Source: a virus
Strand: one strand, 5' to 3'
Length of the DNA stretch: 64,000 bases
IMG/VR virus record: IMGVR_UViG_3300025697_000014
Span: 20,952-84,951 of that record
Both the position numbers and the translations under genes were made by a program. Below are positions 51,107 through 61,408 of the stretch, in pieces (the first letter of the stretch is position 1; every line of letters begins with the position of its first letter). The notes beneath the pieces were generated by a model. That model saw only the letters and a program-made list of their open reading frames with translations, ran no database searches and was not told where the DNA came from.

Positions 51107-54100
51107 TGGCGTACGGAATTGCCTTGAAGATGCGAGCGATCCAGCCTCATTCTGCAGTCGTGTTATTTGACGAAGGCTTCATGACCAATCGTGAGACTGG
51201 CCAGGTCTATATACACAACCGAGCCTATCGGCGTGTAGACAACGCGCTTGGTTCTAGGTCCTCTAAGCACAAGATGCAGAAACGGTTCGCGCACGGGTAT
51301 TGGCAAGCCCGCAAGGATCGTCGTACGGCAGCTAAGATCTCACGCAGGAATACCTACTAGCTTTTCTGCGCACAAGGAGGGCAGATATGGAACTCTCAGA
51401 CAAACAACTTAACATACTCGCGAGTGGCTTAATCGTCATCTATTACGTCGTCCTTGTTGTAGCAGTAATCGCGTGTATTTTAGTGGTTGTGGATACAGTT
51501 CATACATACACATCATGTTTGGAGACTTGTTGTGGGTAAAAGGACCAAGTCATGCCACAAGAAGAATAGAGTACTGTGGACCGCCCAAGAGGAGCATGAT
51601 CTAGAGACAAACTATCCACAGCATGGATCTGATCTGCGATGGTGGCTTGACTCAACTGATAGATCTTGCGCTGCAGTAAGAAGCAAAGCATCACGGATGC
51701 ACATCAAGTACGATCCTTACAGATAACAGAACTACTGCCGGTGGCATGATTGTGGTGCTAGGCGTCGAAGTCAACACCGGTATTACCTGCAATTTCGCAG
51801 GCCGCTACATAGTCTAAGGGCTATGTAGTATTAGCCGTCGGATCTACATTGAAAGAAGGTGCCAGCGGAGAACTATCCACCAAGTTTGACACAACGGATA
51901 TGACATGTCCACAATCGCTGCGCACAAATCATCTAGCCCCAGTCCCCCCACGAGGTGCGCCGTGGATGGGGCGTAGCAATAGGAGATACTATGGCGAAGA
52001 TCTATGTGTTAGAAGAGACTCTGTTTGGTCCACAATACACAGACCGCAATCTTGTCAGCGCGTGGCATACCACAAAACAAGCACACTCTGAGCTTATACG
52101 TATGCGCGAGCTTAGGAACAGCCAGAAGAACTATGCGTTTGAGTATATCATCCTTACTGTTGATCTTCACGATAAATAGGAGACGATGGAATGATTACGC
52201 TCAGCACTTATCCAGCGGCTGAAGAGCGACAGTGGCGAACACAAGGGTGGGAGTGGGGCTTTGAAGGCCCTCCATTCATCAAAGCAGAGTTCAAGGATGG
52301 CGAGAAGAAGACTATCACACTCGATATCTACCCCGACTTTGATGAGGATCTGTTCGATGATCCACAAGATCTACCTACTGCCTGGTGGAAACTGATGGAA
52401 GAAGCATGCGATGATTGCGAAGAGGCCCTCGGAGATCCCAAAGACGGTGAGAAGTGGCACTTCAAGGACATAGACACTCCCTGTCGATGGCGACCAGAGT
52501 CTGAGTGGGAAGCTTTGTACGAGCATGCCAGGAACAACAAGCTACACTGGTACTCGGATGATGAAGATGGTGGAATTATGGGTCTTGATGCACACATCGA
52601 TCACCAACGATAAGGAAGACACCAATGAAGAAGGTGTGCTCTGTGTGTCACGTACCAAAGAGGTTATCGGAGTTTAACAAGCGCAGGTCGTCAAGCAATG
52701 GACGTAGATCAGAGTGTAGAGTTTGTCAGCACGCAGCATCGTTGGAGTTCCGCGCAGAACATGGCGATCAGATAGCTACTCGCAAGAAAGCAAGGCATGT
52801 ACGTATACCATCAGATAGCATGGCTACCTGCAGGAAGTGTCCGAAGGATGGGGTGATTGGCACCCAGTTGTATCACCCGGGACTGGCTAAGTTCGCATTC
52901 AGGGATCTCAGACGAGATGTAGCACTGGGCCACATACCGAATGGATCACGATGGGAGTGCAACTCGCAGTTGTGGGAAGTACGCAGATCAAGACTACGCA
53001 AGATAGGTCGTATACTACGACGATAGGGAGGACAGAATGACTTACTGGCAAGCGTTGGTAGTAGCAATTGGGCTAGTGGTATACACGGTGTCCACATACG
53101 GGGCTATGTCTTTCATAGACATGATTGCAAAGTGGGCCGGTAAGAAATGGTCACCACTAAAGCATGTTGTATGGGTAGTCCTGGGTATACCACTACTCGC
53201 GGCATTGATATGGTCAACTGGAGTGCCTTATGGATAAGGAGACGAAGGCTCTACGAGTTATCTACTTGCGGCGTATGAAGAACCAACGCGCCGCTAAGAT
53301 GATTGGATACATCGTCGCTGCTATAGCCGTTATCCTAGGAACATACGTATATGTATATAGGTATCGTAACCCCGACTTGTGTATCGACAGTCCCCCAACA
53401 CAGTAGTATTGTGATACAGATAGGGATTGTTCTGCGCATAACAGTGGTTTTTTTGTACCGATGTGGTATCATTGCTGTACAAGATTCTGTCGTATAGGCG
53501 GGGTGTTGGCGAATGTGCAGGGTTTTGCTTAGAGCTGCTGCGCAGTAATACTTGGGAGTTGGAAGCAGGGCAAGAAAGTACCATTTTGGGTCAGTCAAAG
53601 CTCGTAGATAAGCTACGAGATAGACATTATGAAGGGCACTTAGGAGGTGCAAGATGAGTCGTAAGACGTTTGATGAGCTGTTTGTGCAGGCGAAGGTTGA
53701 TGAAGCCCGTAAGGGAATCGCGAAGGATTCTGTGAAGTTGCAGTTGGAATCCGCCGTGCTTCAGATTCGTACTCAGAAGCTGAATGCAGAGCGTGTGATG
53801 GACTCTCTGTTCGTCAGTGTGAAGGACCAGAGCGTGCTCAGGATCGAGGACGTTCTGAATCAGATGGCCAACATCCGCGATTTGGAAGAAGCTGCAGCCG
53901 ATCTCGCAGCCATCACCAATGACCTCTTCCCCACAGTCGAAGGCTAGTCGTAGACGCAAGCTGCTGCAGGGGGTGGATTTCTCACCCCCTACGCAGTCCC
54001 TCTCGATAGCAGGAACTACCCCAGAAAACCACGGCCAGGTGACAGGACCTTCGTCTAATCTCTTCGACTCGAAACTCGTTACACCAGACCTGAAGCTAGG

Positions 54101-54514
54101 TCTTGGAAAGTACGAGTATAAGGTAGAGCTGATCCCCGAGTACTCCATCACGATGGGGACAGTATGCGGCCTAACTGGGGTGTCTTGCAGCTACGTAGTT
54201 ACTATCTTCAAGTCTATGGACGAGGCTAGACTGGCGGCACGAGAGGTTGCTTTTGAGCTAGCGAATACAGTACCCGGCGATCTCATCGCAAAGAGTAACG
54301 ATAAGGTGAAGGCCGAGTGGCTAGTGCGTCTGTTGCAGACAGAACCTGCAATGTGTGAGACAGAGGACTTGTTGAACTGTATTCCAGCACACAAGCTTCT
54401 GTCATCTACCCATCAACCACATATGAACATCGTTTGGATGACGAAAGATCTTACACGAGCACTGGGCTGGTCGTCAATAGGTAAACCAATTCTATACGTT
54501 CAGTAGGAGGAAAC

Positions 54515-54745
54515 ATGTTGCGTATCGCAGGACAAGGAACCACGAAGACCGTTAGTGTCAACCCGGGCACCACACTTGAGGATGCCCTCAGTATGGTTGG
54601 CCTGGAATATCTACCCACCATCTCGTACCGAACATCAGAGGGAACGCTGAATCGAACATCAACTGTTCCCACCAGCGGCGTAGTTGTGTTCGCAAAGGCG
54701 GAGGCAAATGGGTCTGTGTCTGTTTTGCCTAAATCAGGGCAGTAG
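54515..54745 (+). CDS. Ubiquitin-like (beta-grasp) protein
   Basis: 76 aa, TVSVNPGTTLEDAL helix, VVVFAKAEANG then a 10-aa extension; AGGAGG RBS; first gene of E2-JAB-E1 operon. Confidence 0.7.
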   Translation: MLRIAGQGTTKTVSVNPGTTLEDALSMVGLEYLPTISYRTSEGTLNRTSTVPTSGVVVFAKAEANGSVSVLPKSGQ

Positions 54746-55595
54746 GATTGGCGCTAACTCGCTGAACCTATTTCTATGCGACGAGCACTATTTCTATGGT
54801 GCTCGTCTTCTTTTGAACGAGTTCAATGTACGGAACTGGTTTGAAAGCGAAGAGTTTAGGTTTAACGTACCAGGTGACATCATCTACAAGGATGATCTGT
54901 ATGAGTTCCCAGATATACAGGTATCAGTCGGACGTAGGGATGGCTGGACATACGTACATATGGATGGTACTGATGAGAGTGAACATCCGCATCTGGACTC
55001 GGCTGGAGAGATGTGCCTTGGAGGCAATGGTGATCTTCTACAGAAGTACGCTGAGCAAATGAACTGGGAATCGTTCTATGCAATAGCGCTCATTTCTGGA
55101 GGATTGTATACGCAAGACGACGCCTTCAGACCATTAGTCACTTGTGAAGCTTGTGATGCTGGAGATCAAGAGATGATTGTGTGCCCCAACTGCGGGGCCA
55201 ATGTATGTGTGTACTGTTATCATTCGGAATTAGAGGTTTGTGCCCTATGTGCAAACAAGTGCTCAAACTGTGGAGGTGTTTATGGTGAAGCTGACAAGGG
55301 GATGGCGTGCGATCTTTGCGGGACGGAACTCTGTCCCAAATGTGCCTACACCGAGTACGACGAAGAAACGGATGAAGCCATTGGTAGGGTATGCTCATAC
55401 CATGCAACCTACGACAACCGGGGCGTTGTTAGATCTACCGGCAAATTTGTTCGCGGCCCTGACGAAGTGGCAGGCCGCGCACCTGGCGGAGATCTCGGGG
55501 TACGGACTAGTGACGGAGGGGAGAGTCAGGAAACTGTGGCTGACAGCGAGGGGGACGCCCGGAGGAGTGGAGACGAGCGCAGCATCCCATTCTAA
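54708..55595 (+). CDS. Prokaryotic E2 (UBC-like) enzyme with C-terminal Cys-rich Zn fingers
   Basis: HPHLDSAGEMCLGG active-site pattern; multiple CxxC. Confidence 0.75.
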   Translation: MGLCLFCLNQGSRIGANSLNLFLCDEHYFYGARLLLNEFNVRNWFESEEFRFNVPGDIIYKDDLYEFPDIQVSVGRRDGWTYVHMDGTDESEHPHLDSAGEMCLGGNGDLLQKYAEQMNWESFYAIALISGGLYTQDDAFRPLVTCEACDAGDQEMIVCPNCGANVCVYCYHSELEVCALCANKCSNCGGVYGEADKGMACDLCGTELCPKCAYTEYDEETDEAIGRVCSYHATYDNRGVVRSTGKFVRGPDEVAGRAPGGDLGVRTSDGGESQETVADSEGDARRSGDERSIPF

Positions 55596-56085
55596 GGTGC
55601 TGCTACAAGCTATTGAGGCAGGGTATGATTACCTGAACCTCCAATGGCACACACACTACAACCTCACACCATACTTCTCGTCCACTGACAACCGTGCACA
55701 AGAAGAGCTATGCGAGGAAGCTGAAACACAGCAAGAGATGTACTACCTATGTTTGGACGGGATGTCAGCGGTAGCAAGACTGTTTGATATTCCAGGTAAG
55801 ACATACGTGGATGGGTCTGTATCAATCGACGGGGTAATTCTACCCGGTAAAGAGGAAATATCGTTTGGAGGTGGAGGATATGGACCTGTCTCGACAGGCT
55901 TTACTCATCCCAGCGCACGCAATAGGGGAACTAACGTTCTTGATAATAGGGCTAGGGTCAATCGGGTCGAATGTCGCGAATGTCTTGAGCAGAATGGGTG
56001 CAAGTACGCAGACCTGGTACGACAGGGATATTACTTCTCTGGAAAATGTGGCTCCGGCTTTTTCTGGCATCAACTCAATTGGTGA
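55372..56085 (+). CDS. JAB/MPN+ (JAMM) metallopeptidase
   Basis: EISGYG...QWHTHYNLTPYFSSTD (E...HxH-x7-S-x2-D); start 55372 or 55402. Confidence 0.85.
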   Translation: MKPLVGYAHTMQPTTTGALLDLPANLFAALTKWQAAHLAEISGYGLVTEGRVRKLWLTARGTPGGVETSAASHSKVLLQAIEAGYDYLNLQWHTHYNLTPYFSSTDNRAQEELCEEAETQQEMYYLCLDGMSAVARLFDIPGKTYVDGSVSIDGVILPGKEEISFGGGGYGPVSTGFTHPSARNRGTNVLDNRARVNRVECRECLEQNGCKYADLVRQGYYFSGKCGSGFFWHQLNW

Positions 56086-56575
56086 TACGAAAGTAGACAC
56101 CGCGTATGCCAGGATACAGCAAGACCTCGGAGAAGAGGAGGTCAAGAATATCAGAGCATATCCATACTTCTATAAGAACCAACGCGAACACGCCGACATC
56201 GTCATTGTCGGCGTGGACAGTATGGAGGTACGCCGGGAGATCTGGGCTAACAATAGGATCGAAGGCTGGAAGCTCTGGATCGACGGTAGAATGGGTGAGG
56301 ACCAAGCTGGCTTGTATATCGTTCGAGAGAATGACGACTATGAATGGTATGAGGAGAGTCTAGCTCGGCCAGGTGCGGAGCTAATGTGTGGAGAGAAAGC
56401 TACAGCTCCCATCTGCGCAGGTCTGATACCCGGTATGGTAGGCTCTGTCATCATGCGGTATGTGAACGGACTAACCGTACCGCAAAGTATCTTCGTGAAG
56501 ATGCTACTGGACTTTGGGATGTTCTTCTCAGTAGGAGAGGGGGAAGTATGCTCTGCAACAGACGATACTACGTAA
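55880..56575 (+). CDS. ThiF/MoeB-family E1 activating enzyme
   Basis: SRQ, IIGLGSIGS, YDRD...EN, KVD, VGVDSMEVR, DGRM, candidate catalytic Cys in ELMCGEKAT; GGAGG RBS. Confidence 0.9.
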   Translation: MDLSRQALLIPAHAIGELTFLIIGLGSIGSNVANVLSRMGASTQTWYDRDITSLENVAPAFSGINSIGDTKVDTAYARIQQDLGEEEVKNIRAYPYFYKNQREHADIVIVGVDSMEVRREIWANNRIEGWKLWIDGRMGEDQAGLYIVRENDDYEWYEESLARPGAELMCGEKATAPICAGLIPGMVGSVIMRYVNGLTVPQSIFVKMLLDFGMFFSVGEGEVCSATDDTT

Positions 56576-57228
56576 GTGTAGACGATCTGGAGATTGAGAT
56601 CCCCGTCGAGTTCCACGGAGAGCTTGACGACGATCTATGGAGCTGGAATGGCGAGGAGTTCTCATATGCTGTTCCAGATCTGGAGTCCGGGTGTGATCCT
56701 GATTCCACCGAGGAAGATGTTATAGCTTGGGGACTCGGTGACGTATGGTGTGTGATTAAAGTACGGACAGATGTCAATGGAGTAGCAAATACATCTAGTG
56801 CTACATGGCCGTACTTTGGACGTGAAGCGGCAAGTAAAGAGGTGAATGCATGAAGGTAGTCGGAGGAGTTAACTGGTACGAGTGTCCTCAGTGTTCAAAG
56901 AAAGACGAGCGCCGATTTGTGCGCGTGGCCTTTGACATCAGAGACCTGGGATTCATCAGAGTGTGGGGTCTCAAGAAGAAACTGTCGTGCCCTAGTGGGC
57001 ACACCCACATGGTAGATATCACAGGATAGCTATGAACCTTATAGCCTTCGTCATATAGCTAATAGGAGCGGCGTTCATTGTTAGTGAGATCACAGTAGAG
57101 AAAGGTCTAGTACTGGTGCTGTGGTCGCTGTTGTTTGTCATAGGGACAGTTGCGGATAAGAAAAAGTGGTGGTGAGAGCTAGGCTATCGCCTAGTAGTAG
57201 ATAAGTTACTTAGTTCAGGGAGGAAAGA

Positions 57229-57642
57229 ATGTCGTACCAGAAGATCGTTTTATTCGGGAATCTTGGCAGGGACCCAGAAATGCGCTATCTTGACGATGGA
57301 ACAGCTGTTACATCGTTCAGTATGGCGACGAACCGTCGATGGAAGAACACAGATGGATCGAAGGGTGAAGAGGTTGTGTGGTGGCGCGTGACTTGTTGGC
57401 GTGGGCTAGCAGAGGTCGTGGCGCAATACCTCACCAAAGGCCGTCAGGTGTTGGTTGAGTGCCGCATGAGTCCTGAGAAGGGTACTGGTAGTCCCAGGAC
57501 CTGGCAGGACAGTGAAGGAAACTGGCGTGCCTCGTATGAGGTTGTTGCCAGCAGTGTTATCTTCGGCGGCAGTGCTGGAGATACACCCAGCGAGAGTGGT
57601 CCTACGGCTGGGCCAACAGAAGAAGACGAGGTTCCCTTCTAG
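57229..57642 (+). CDS. ssb: Single-stranded DNA-binding protein
   Basis: GNLGRDPEMRY, FSMATNRRW, YLTKGRQV, acidic EDEVPF tail. Confidence 0.95.
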   Translation: MSYQKIVLFGNLGRDPEMRYLDDGTAVTSFSMATNRRWKNTDGSKGEEVVWWRVTCWRGLAEVVAQYLTKGRQVLVECRMSPEKGTGSPRTWQDSEGNWRASYEVVASSVIFGGSAGDTPSESGPTAGPTEEDEVPF

Positions 57643-58097
57643 GGATCTTTGATCTCAACGACAGAGGGCGAATCGATCACACCCTCTGTCGGTCTTCCCA
57701 TTTGTGGGATGAAGATATGAAGTTGAGGACCACCGGATGCCTGGATGGGGGTACTACGTGCTCCCATCTTGGCTATCTCTAATACGAAAGCTGCAGCAGC
57801 AGTAGAGTTCCCCTTAGCCTCTCCTCTGGCTACCATTGCTTGATGAGTCACAATGGATTGAAGCTCATCTAGGGCTGTGATCTGCGCTGCGTCAGAACGT
57901 ACATCGTGGATGTCTGCAAGGTAGGTAGTAAGCTTACCTTCGCGGAGCCAACGTGTGGTAGCTTGGTAATTGAGACCAAGCTCTTCACAAGCCTTGCGCG
58001 TACTAACACCTGGGTGTTCTGCGCGGAAGGTGAAAAGCTTTATCAGATGACCTGCGATGATTTCATCATCGAGCTGGGCAAGTTCGTTTGAAGTCAT
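57639..58097 (-). CDS. HTH protein, candidate terminase small subunit
   Basis: STRKACEELGLNYQATTRW HTH, helical middle, GNSTAAAAFVLE; start ATG 58097 just after TGGTATAAT (58104-58112). Confidence 0.5.
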   Translation of the reverse strand: MTSNELAQLDDEIIAGHLIKLFTFRAEHPGVSTRKACEELGLNYQATTRWLREGKLTTYLADIHDVRSDAAQITALDELQSIVTHQAMVARGEAKGNSTAAAAFVLEIAKMGARSTPIQASGGPQLHIFIPQMGRPTEGVIDSPSVVEIKDP

Positions 58098-58177
58098 GTA
58101 CTTATTATACCATACACCTGTCACTTTACCAGGCTTGGTACTCTTGCAATCAATGACAAACGATGTATACTGTACAT

Positions 58178-58402
58178 ATGAATACACACAACGAAGTACA
58201 CACATACATGAGGATGTACCAACAAGCACACGGTCAACCACCTACGCTGAGAGAGATCAAGGACTCCTGCCAACACCTGAACTGGAGAAGCAGCGCAAGG
58301 TATGCAATCAACGCACTCATATCACAGGGACGTGTCACTATTGTAGCGCCAATGAACTATGGAAGGAGATATAGCGCAAATGACCAACGAGGCAACAGTT
58401 AG
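58178..58402 (+). CDS. LexA-type winged-HTH DNA-binding domain, no peptidase domain
   Basis: HGQPPTLREI...SSARYAINAL..QG; TTGCAA-16-TATACT promoter directly upstream. Confidence 0.75.
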   Translation: MNTHNEVHTYMRMYQQAHGQPPTLREIKDSCQHLNWRSSARYAINALISQGRVTIVAPMNYGRRYSANDQRGNS

Positions 58403-58931
58403 GCACGAATTGCGCAATATGCTGCGCTATCACTACGGGCTATGGCCTGATCACTGGCCCGATATTCCAGGGACCAAACGCCCTGGCCGACCAGATCTCA
58501 TCGTCATGAACCCACGAGGACCAGGATTCTACATTGAAGTTAAGACGTTGTATTATAAACGCAACAAGTCATTCGGCTTCGATAGGATTGAACAGTCACA
58601 GCGTAATTGGTTGAGTACTTGGGAAGAGCAAAGACACGGTGGTAGCTGGCTTGCTATTGGAGTCATTGGAGCACCAGATAAACGTAGTACATTCGTGATC
58701 CCGTGGACATACTGGCAAGCACTAGAGGATCTCGTCAAAGAACACCAGCACAGTTTACCATACGTAGCAGGTAAGGGATTCTCTAAGCCTATGCAAGAAG
58801 ACCGTCTAGACTTCAGATTGATCAATGACTTTAAGCTAGACCGCGTACCCCCGTCAGAAAGAAAACACCTAGACTCAGGATGGAGATTCAAGGAGGAGGA
58901 ACCGTGGCTGAGGAATTATCAATCGCGATAG
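58380..58931 (+). CDS. PD-(D/E)xK nuclease (Holliday junction resolvase / VRR-NUC-like)
   Basis: GRPDLIV...FYIEVK...SQRNWL. Confidence 0.7.
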   Translation: MTNEATVRHELRNMLRYHYGLWPDHWPDIPGTKRPGRPDLIVMNPRGPGFYIEVKTLYYKRNKSFGFDRIEQSQRNWLSTWEEQRHGGSWLAIGVIGAPDKRSTFVIPWTYWQALEDLVKEHQHSLPYVAGKGFSKPMQEDRLDFRLINDFKLDRVPPSERKHLDSGWRFKEEEPWLRNYQSR

Positions 58932-59665
58932 GAAACAACTACCCAATATTCCAGACATCCGACATGTCAAAACTTGTCGAGATAGCACTGAAGGATCTAC
59001 CCTCCGATATCGAGGAAGAGTCACAAGCAGTAGCCTGGGTGGTCAAGCGTATACTTGAGCTTGGACAGCAGGGAAGACACAGACAGCGTACTATCCAGAT
59101 GGCACTGGTGTCCTGGATTGCCAATGGAGACATGGGCAGGATATATCAGGCACACCCAGAACATTACCCAGATCTACGTAGCTTTCTCAAATCGGTTGGT
59201 ACAAGAGAGAAAGGTAATCAGCTGTCACCGTCAACCATCACAGAGATGGTCACGGTGGCAGATATTTTCGTTCCCTTCTGTCAGGACAACGATATTGAGT
59301 TCCAGCACTTCATTGCTACGGATCTGTGGACTAAGGCGCGTGAGGCAATGACAGCTATCAAGGCTGCTATTGTTAAGGACGATGCTGTTAGTGTTGTTGC
59401 GATCTTGCAGGATGTAGTCGAGCTTCCTTCACGAGATGCTGTGAGAGAGAAGTACCGCTCTAGGAGTAACGAGAAGTTTGGCAGGTCTGACCTTATCCTT
59501 GGGAACGGTGTATCTGTTGTGGTCACTATCGTGCCAACCAGCAGGATCAGCGATATCAAGCGTGCTCTAGGTAGATACACAGAGTGGGATGCGTTCGCCA
59601 GTGGTACCATCAACCGTATCATCGTCAATACAGGAGGAACCAATGGAGACGTACACCAAACTTGA
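58904..59665 (+). CDS. Hypothetical protein in replication module
   Basis: GGAGG RBS, GTG start. Confidence 0.5.
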   Translation: MAEELSIAIGNNYPIFQTSDMSKLVEIALKDLPSDIEEESQAVAWVVKRILELGQQGRHRQRTIQMALVSWIANGDMGRIYQAHPEHYPDLRSFLKSVGTREKGNQLSPSTITEMVTVADIFVPFCQDNDIEFQHFIATDLWTKAREAMTAIKAAIVKDDAVSVVAILQDVVELPSRDAVREKYRSRSNEKFGRSDLILGNGVSVVVTIVPTSRISDIKRALGRYTEWDAFASGTINRIIVNTGGTNGDVHQT

Positions 59666-60158
59666 TATCAAAGAGATTGCCTACGAGCTAGGCGAGCACT
59701 TCAACAAGCATGACTTGGATGGATACACTGGTAGGTGTGTCATCTGTAACACCCGTGTTGGCCAGCAAGTCAATGAGTGCCCAGGCTGTGGTACGCCGGT
59801 AGTGTGGCTGAACTCTTCTGTATGGACCTCTCTATTCGGTAGTGGGAAGATGCGTGTACGTGAACTAGATGCGGTACCTGCTAATTGTACTAGTGGCAAG
59901 CAGCTTCTTAGTAGATGTAGAGCACTAGGGTTTGCTAATCTTAAAGAGAGAGACGATTGGACGAAGTTTGATAGAAGGTTTGGTCAGGCCGAAGCTGAAC
60001 GAGTGATAGAGTATGTGTTCAAGGCAGACAAGACCTACGGGCGTGGTGCTATGGCGCACGCTATGGCTATCGCACGCAAGAAGCTACGCGAGAATCCCCT
60101 GTCTACTACTATCAAGAGAGAGGACACTGTCACGAGCATGAAGGCGTGGCAGGAATGA
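59643..60158 (+). CDS. Zn-ribbon protein upstream of helicase (possible initiator/loader)
   Basis: CVIC...CPGC; position. Confidence 0.45.
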   Translation: METYTKLDIKEIAYELGEHFNKHDLDGYTGRCVICNTRVGQQVNECPGCGTPVVWLNSSVWTSLFGSGKMRVRELDAVPANCTSGKQLLSRCRALGFANLKERDDWTKFDRRFGQAEAERVIEYVFKADKTYGRGAMAHAMAIARKKLRENPLSTTIKREDTVTSMKAWQE

Positions 60159-61408
60159 GCCTAGTAGAAGACTATCTAGCCGTACTGTGTAGGATGCCAG
60201 GTGAGACTAACGAAGAAGCACTCATTAGGTTCCATACATACTATCAAAGAGCACCAGCTGGTGATGCAGAAGCGGGCTTTGAGTTTCTAGAACAGCAAGC
60301 GTTCCGTGGTATCTCTGTTACACCTAGAGTCCTGCTTGCTGCAACTGGTATAGAGGTATCACAAGAAGGGCTGACGCCAGAGTCGACTCAGTTCTTCTTC
60401 GAGAAGTTCGTGAAAGAGGATGAGCGCAAACGGGTACTCCTGGCTGGTCAACAGCTTCTCAAGATAGCTGATGGTCAACCAGGCAGTATTGATGACGTTA
60501 TGGCAGCGGTTAACGTGAGCGATGTCAACAAGCAGACTGCGCTTACAATGAGCGATCAGACCGCCATCGGTCTCAAGCTCTACAGAGAGCGTGTAACCGC
60601 ATTAGCTGAAGGGAAACCCAGGGTTGCGTTCCCTTGGCCCAAGCTGAATGAGTGGGTCCCGTTTATTTACGATGACGACATGATTCTGCTTACTGGTAAG
60701 TCCAAGACAGGCAAGTCATCAGCGGCTCACCAGATAGCGATGTATAATGCTAGTCGTATACCAGTACTATACTTCCATAACGAGGACAACCAGCTCAAGT
60801 TGTTCCTGCGCAGAACAGCACAGTCTCAGCTAGGACTAGACCCTGAACTCAGGGGTCCTGCCCTGGCAAGTACACTAAGTTACCGAGACCTCCTCTCACA
60901 CAACGTAAAATCTGATGCTTTCATGAGTCAGATTGAACGTAATAGCCAAGACTTACTGAACCACATGCATGACAACATTACGTATGTGTACTGCTCTGGA
61001 TGGACAGCAGAACAGATCATCCATGAATGGAGACGTATCAAGTCAGTGCAACCACTAGGCCTCGTCATCATCGACTACCTCAATAAGATCGAGTCATATG
61101 CAAAGATAGGTAAGATCGGCACAATGGCCGGTGCAATGGAGTACAACGTCGAGCTATTCAAGCGCGAGGCTGGGCGCAAGGGACAGATGACAACGTGCGT
61201 GCTCGTACAGCAGGAGAACGAGAGTGGTACAACACGAGATACCAGGTCCAGCTATATCAAGAGCCAGGTACATGTCTCGTTCACACGGGACACCAACGAG
61301 AACGGAATGAGATTACAGGGTAGCATCGCTATCCTGCGTGCTAATGATGGAATGACAGGGAGAATCGAGGCTCGTTTCATGCCTGAGTATATGATATGGA
61401 TAGCCTAG
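60155..61408 (+). CDS. DnaB-like replicative helicase
   Basis: Walker A GKSKTGKS, YFHNED, VIIDYL, VQQEN, RANDG.TG. Confidence 0.85.
   Translation: MSLVEDYLAVLCRMPGETNEEALIRFHTYYQRAPAGDAEAGFEFLEQQAFRGISVTPRVLLAATGIEVSQEGLTPESTQFFFEKFVKEDERKRVLLAGQQLLKIADGQPGSIDDVMAAVNVSDVNKQTALTMSDQTAIGLKLYRERVTALAEGKPRVAFPWPKLNEWVPFIYDDDMILLTGKSKTGKSSAAHQIAMYNASRIPVLYFHNEDNQLKLFLRRTAQSQLGLDPELRGPALASTLSYRDLLSHNVKSDAFMSQIERNSQDLLNHMHDNITYVYCSGWTAEQIIHEWRRIKSVQPLGLVIIDYLNKIESYAKIGKIGTMAGAMEYNVELFKREAGRKGQMTTCVLVQQENESGTTRDTRSSYIKSQVHVSFTRDTNENGMRLQGSIAILRANDGMTGRIEARFMPEYMIWIA

Noticed and set aside
55880-56575. ThiF/MoeB for thiamine or molybdopterin synthesis
   Set aside because: Context is E2+JAB+Ubl; no pathway genes
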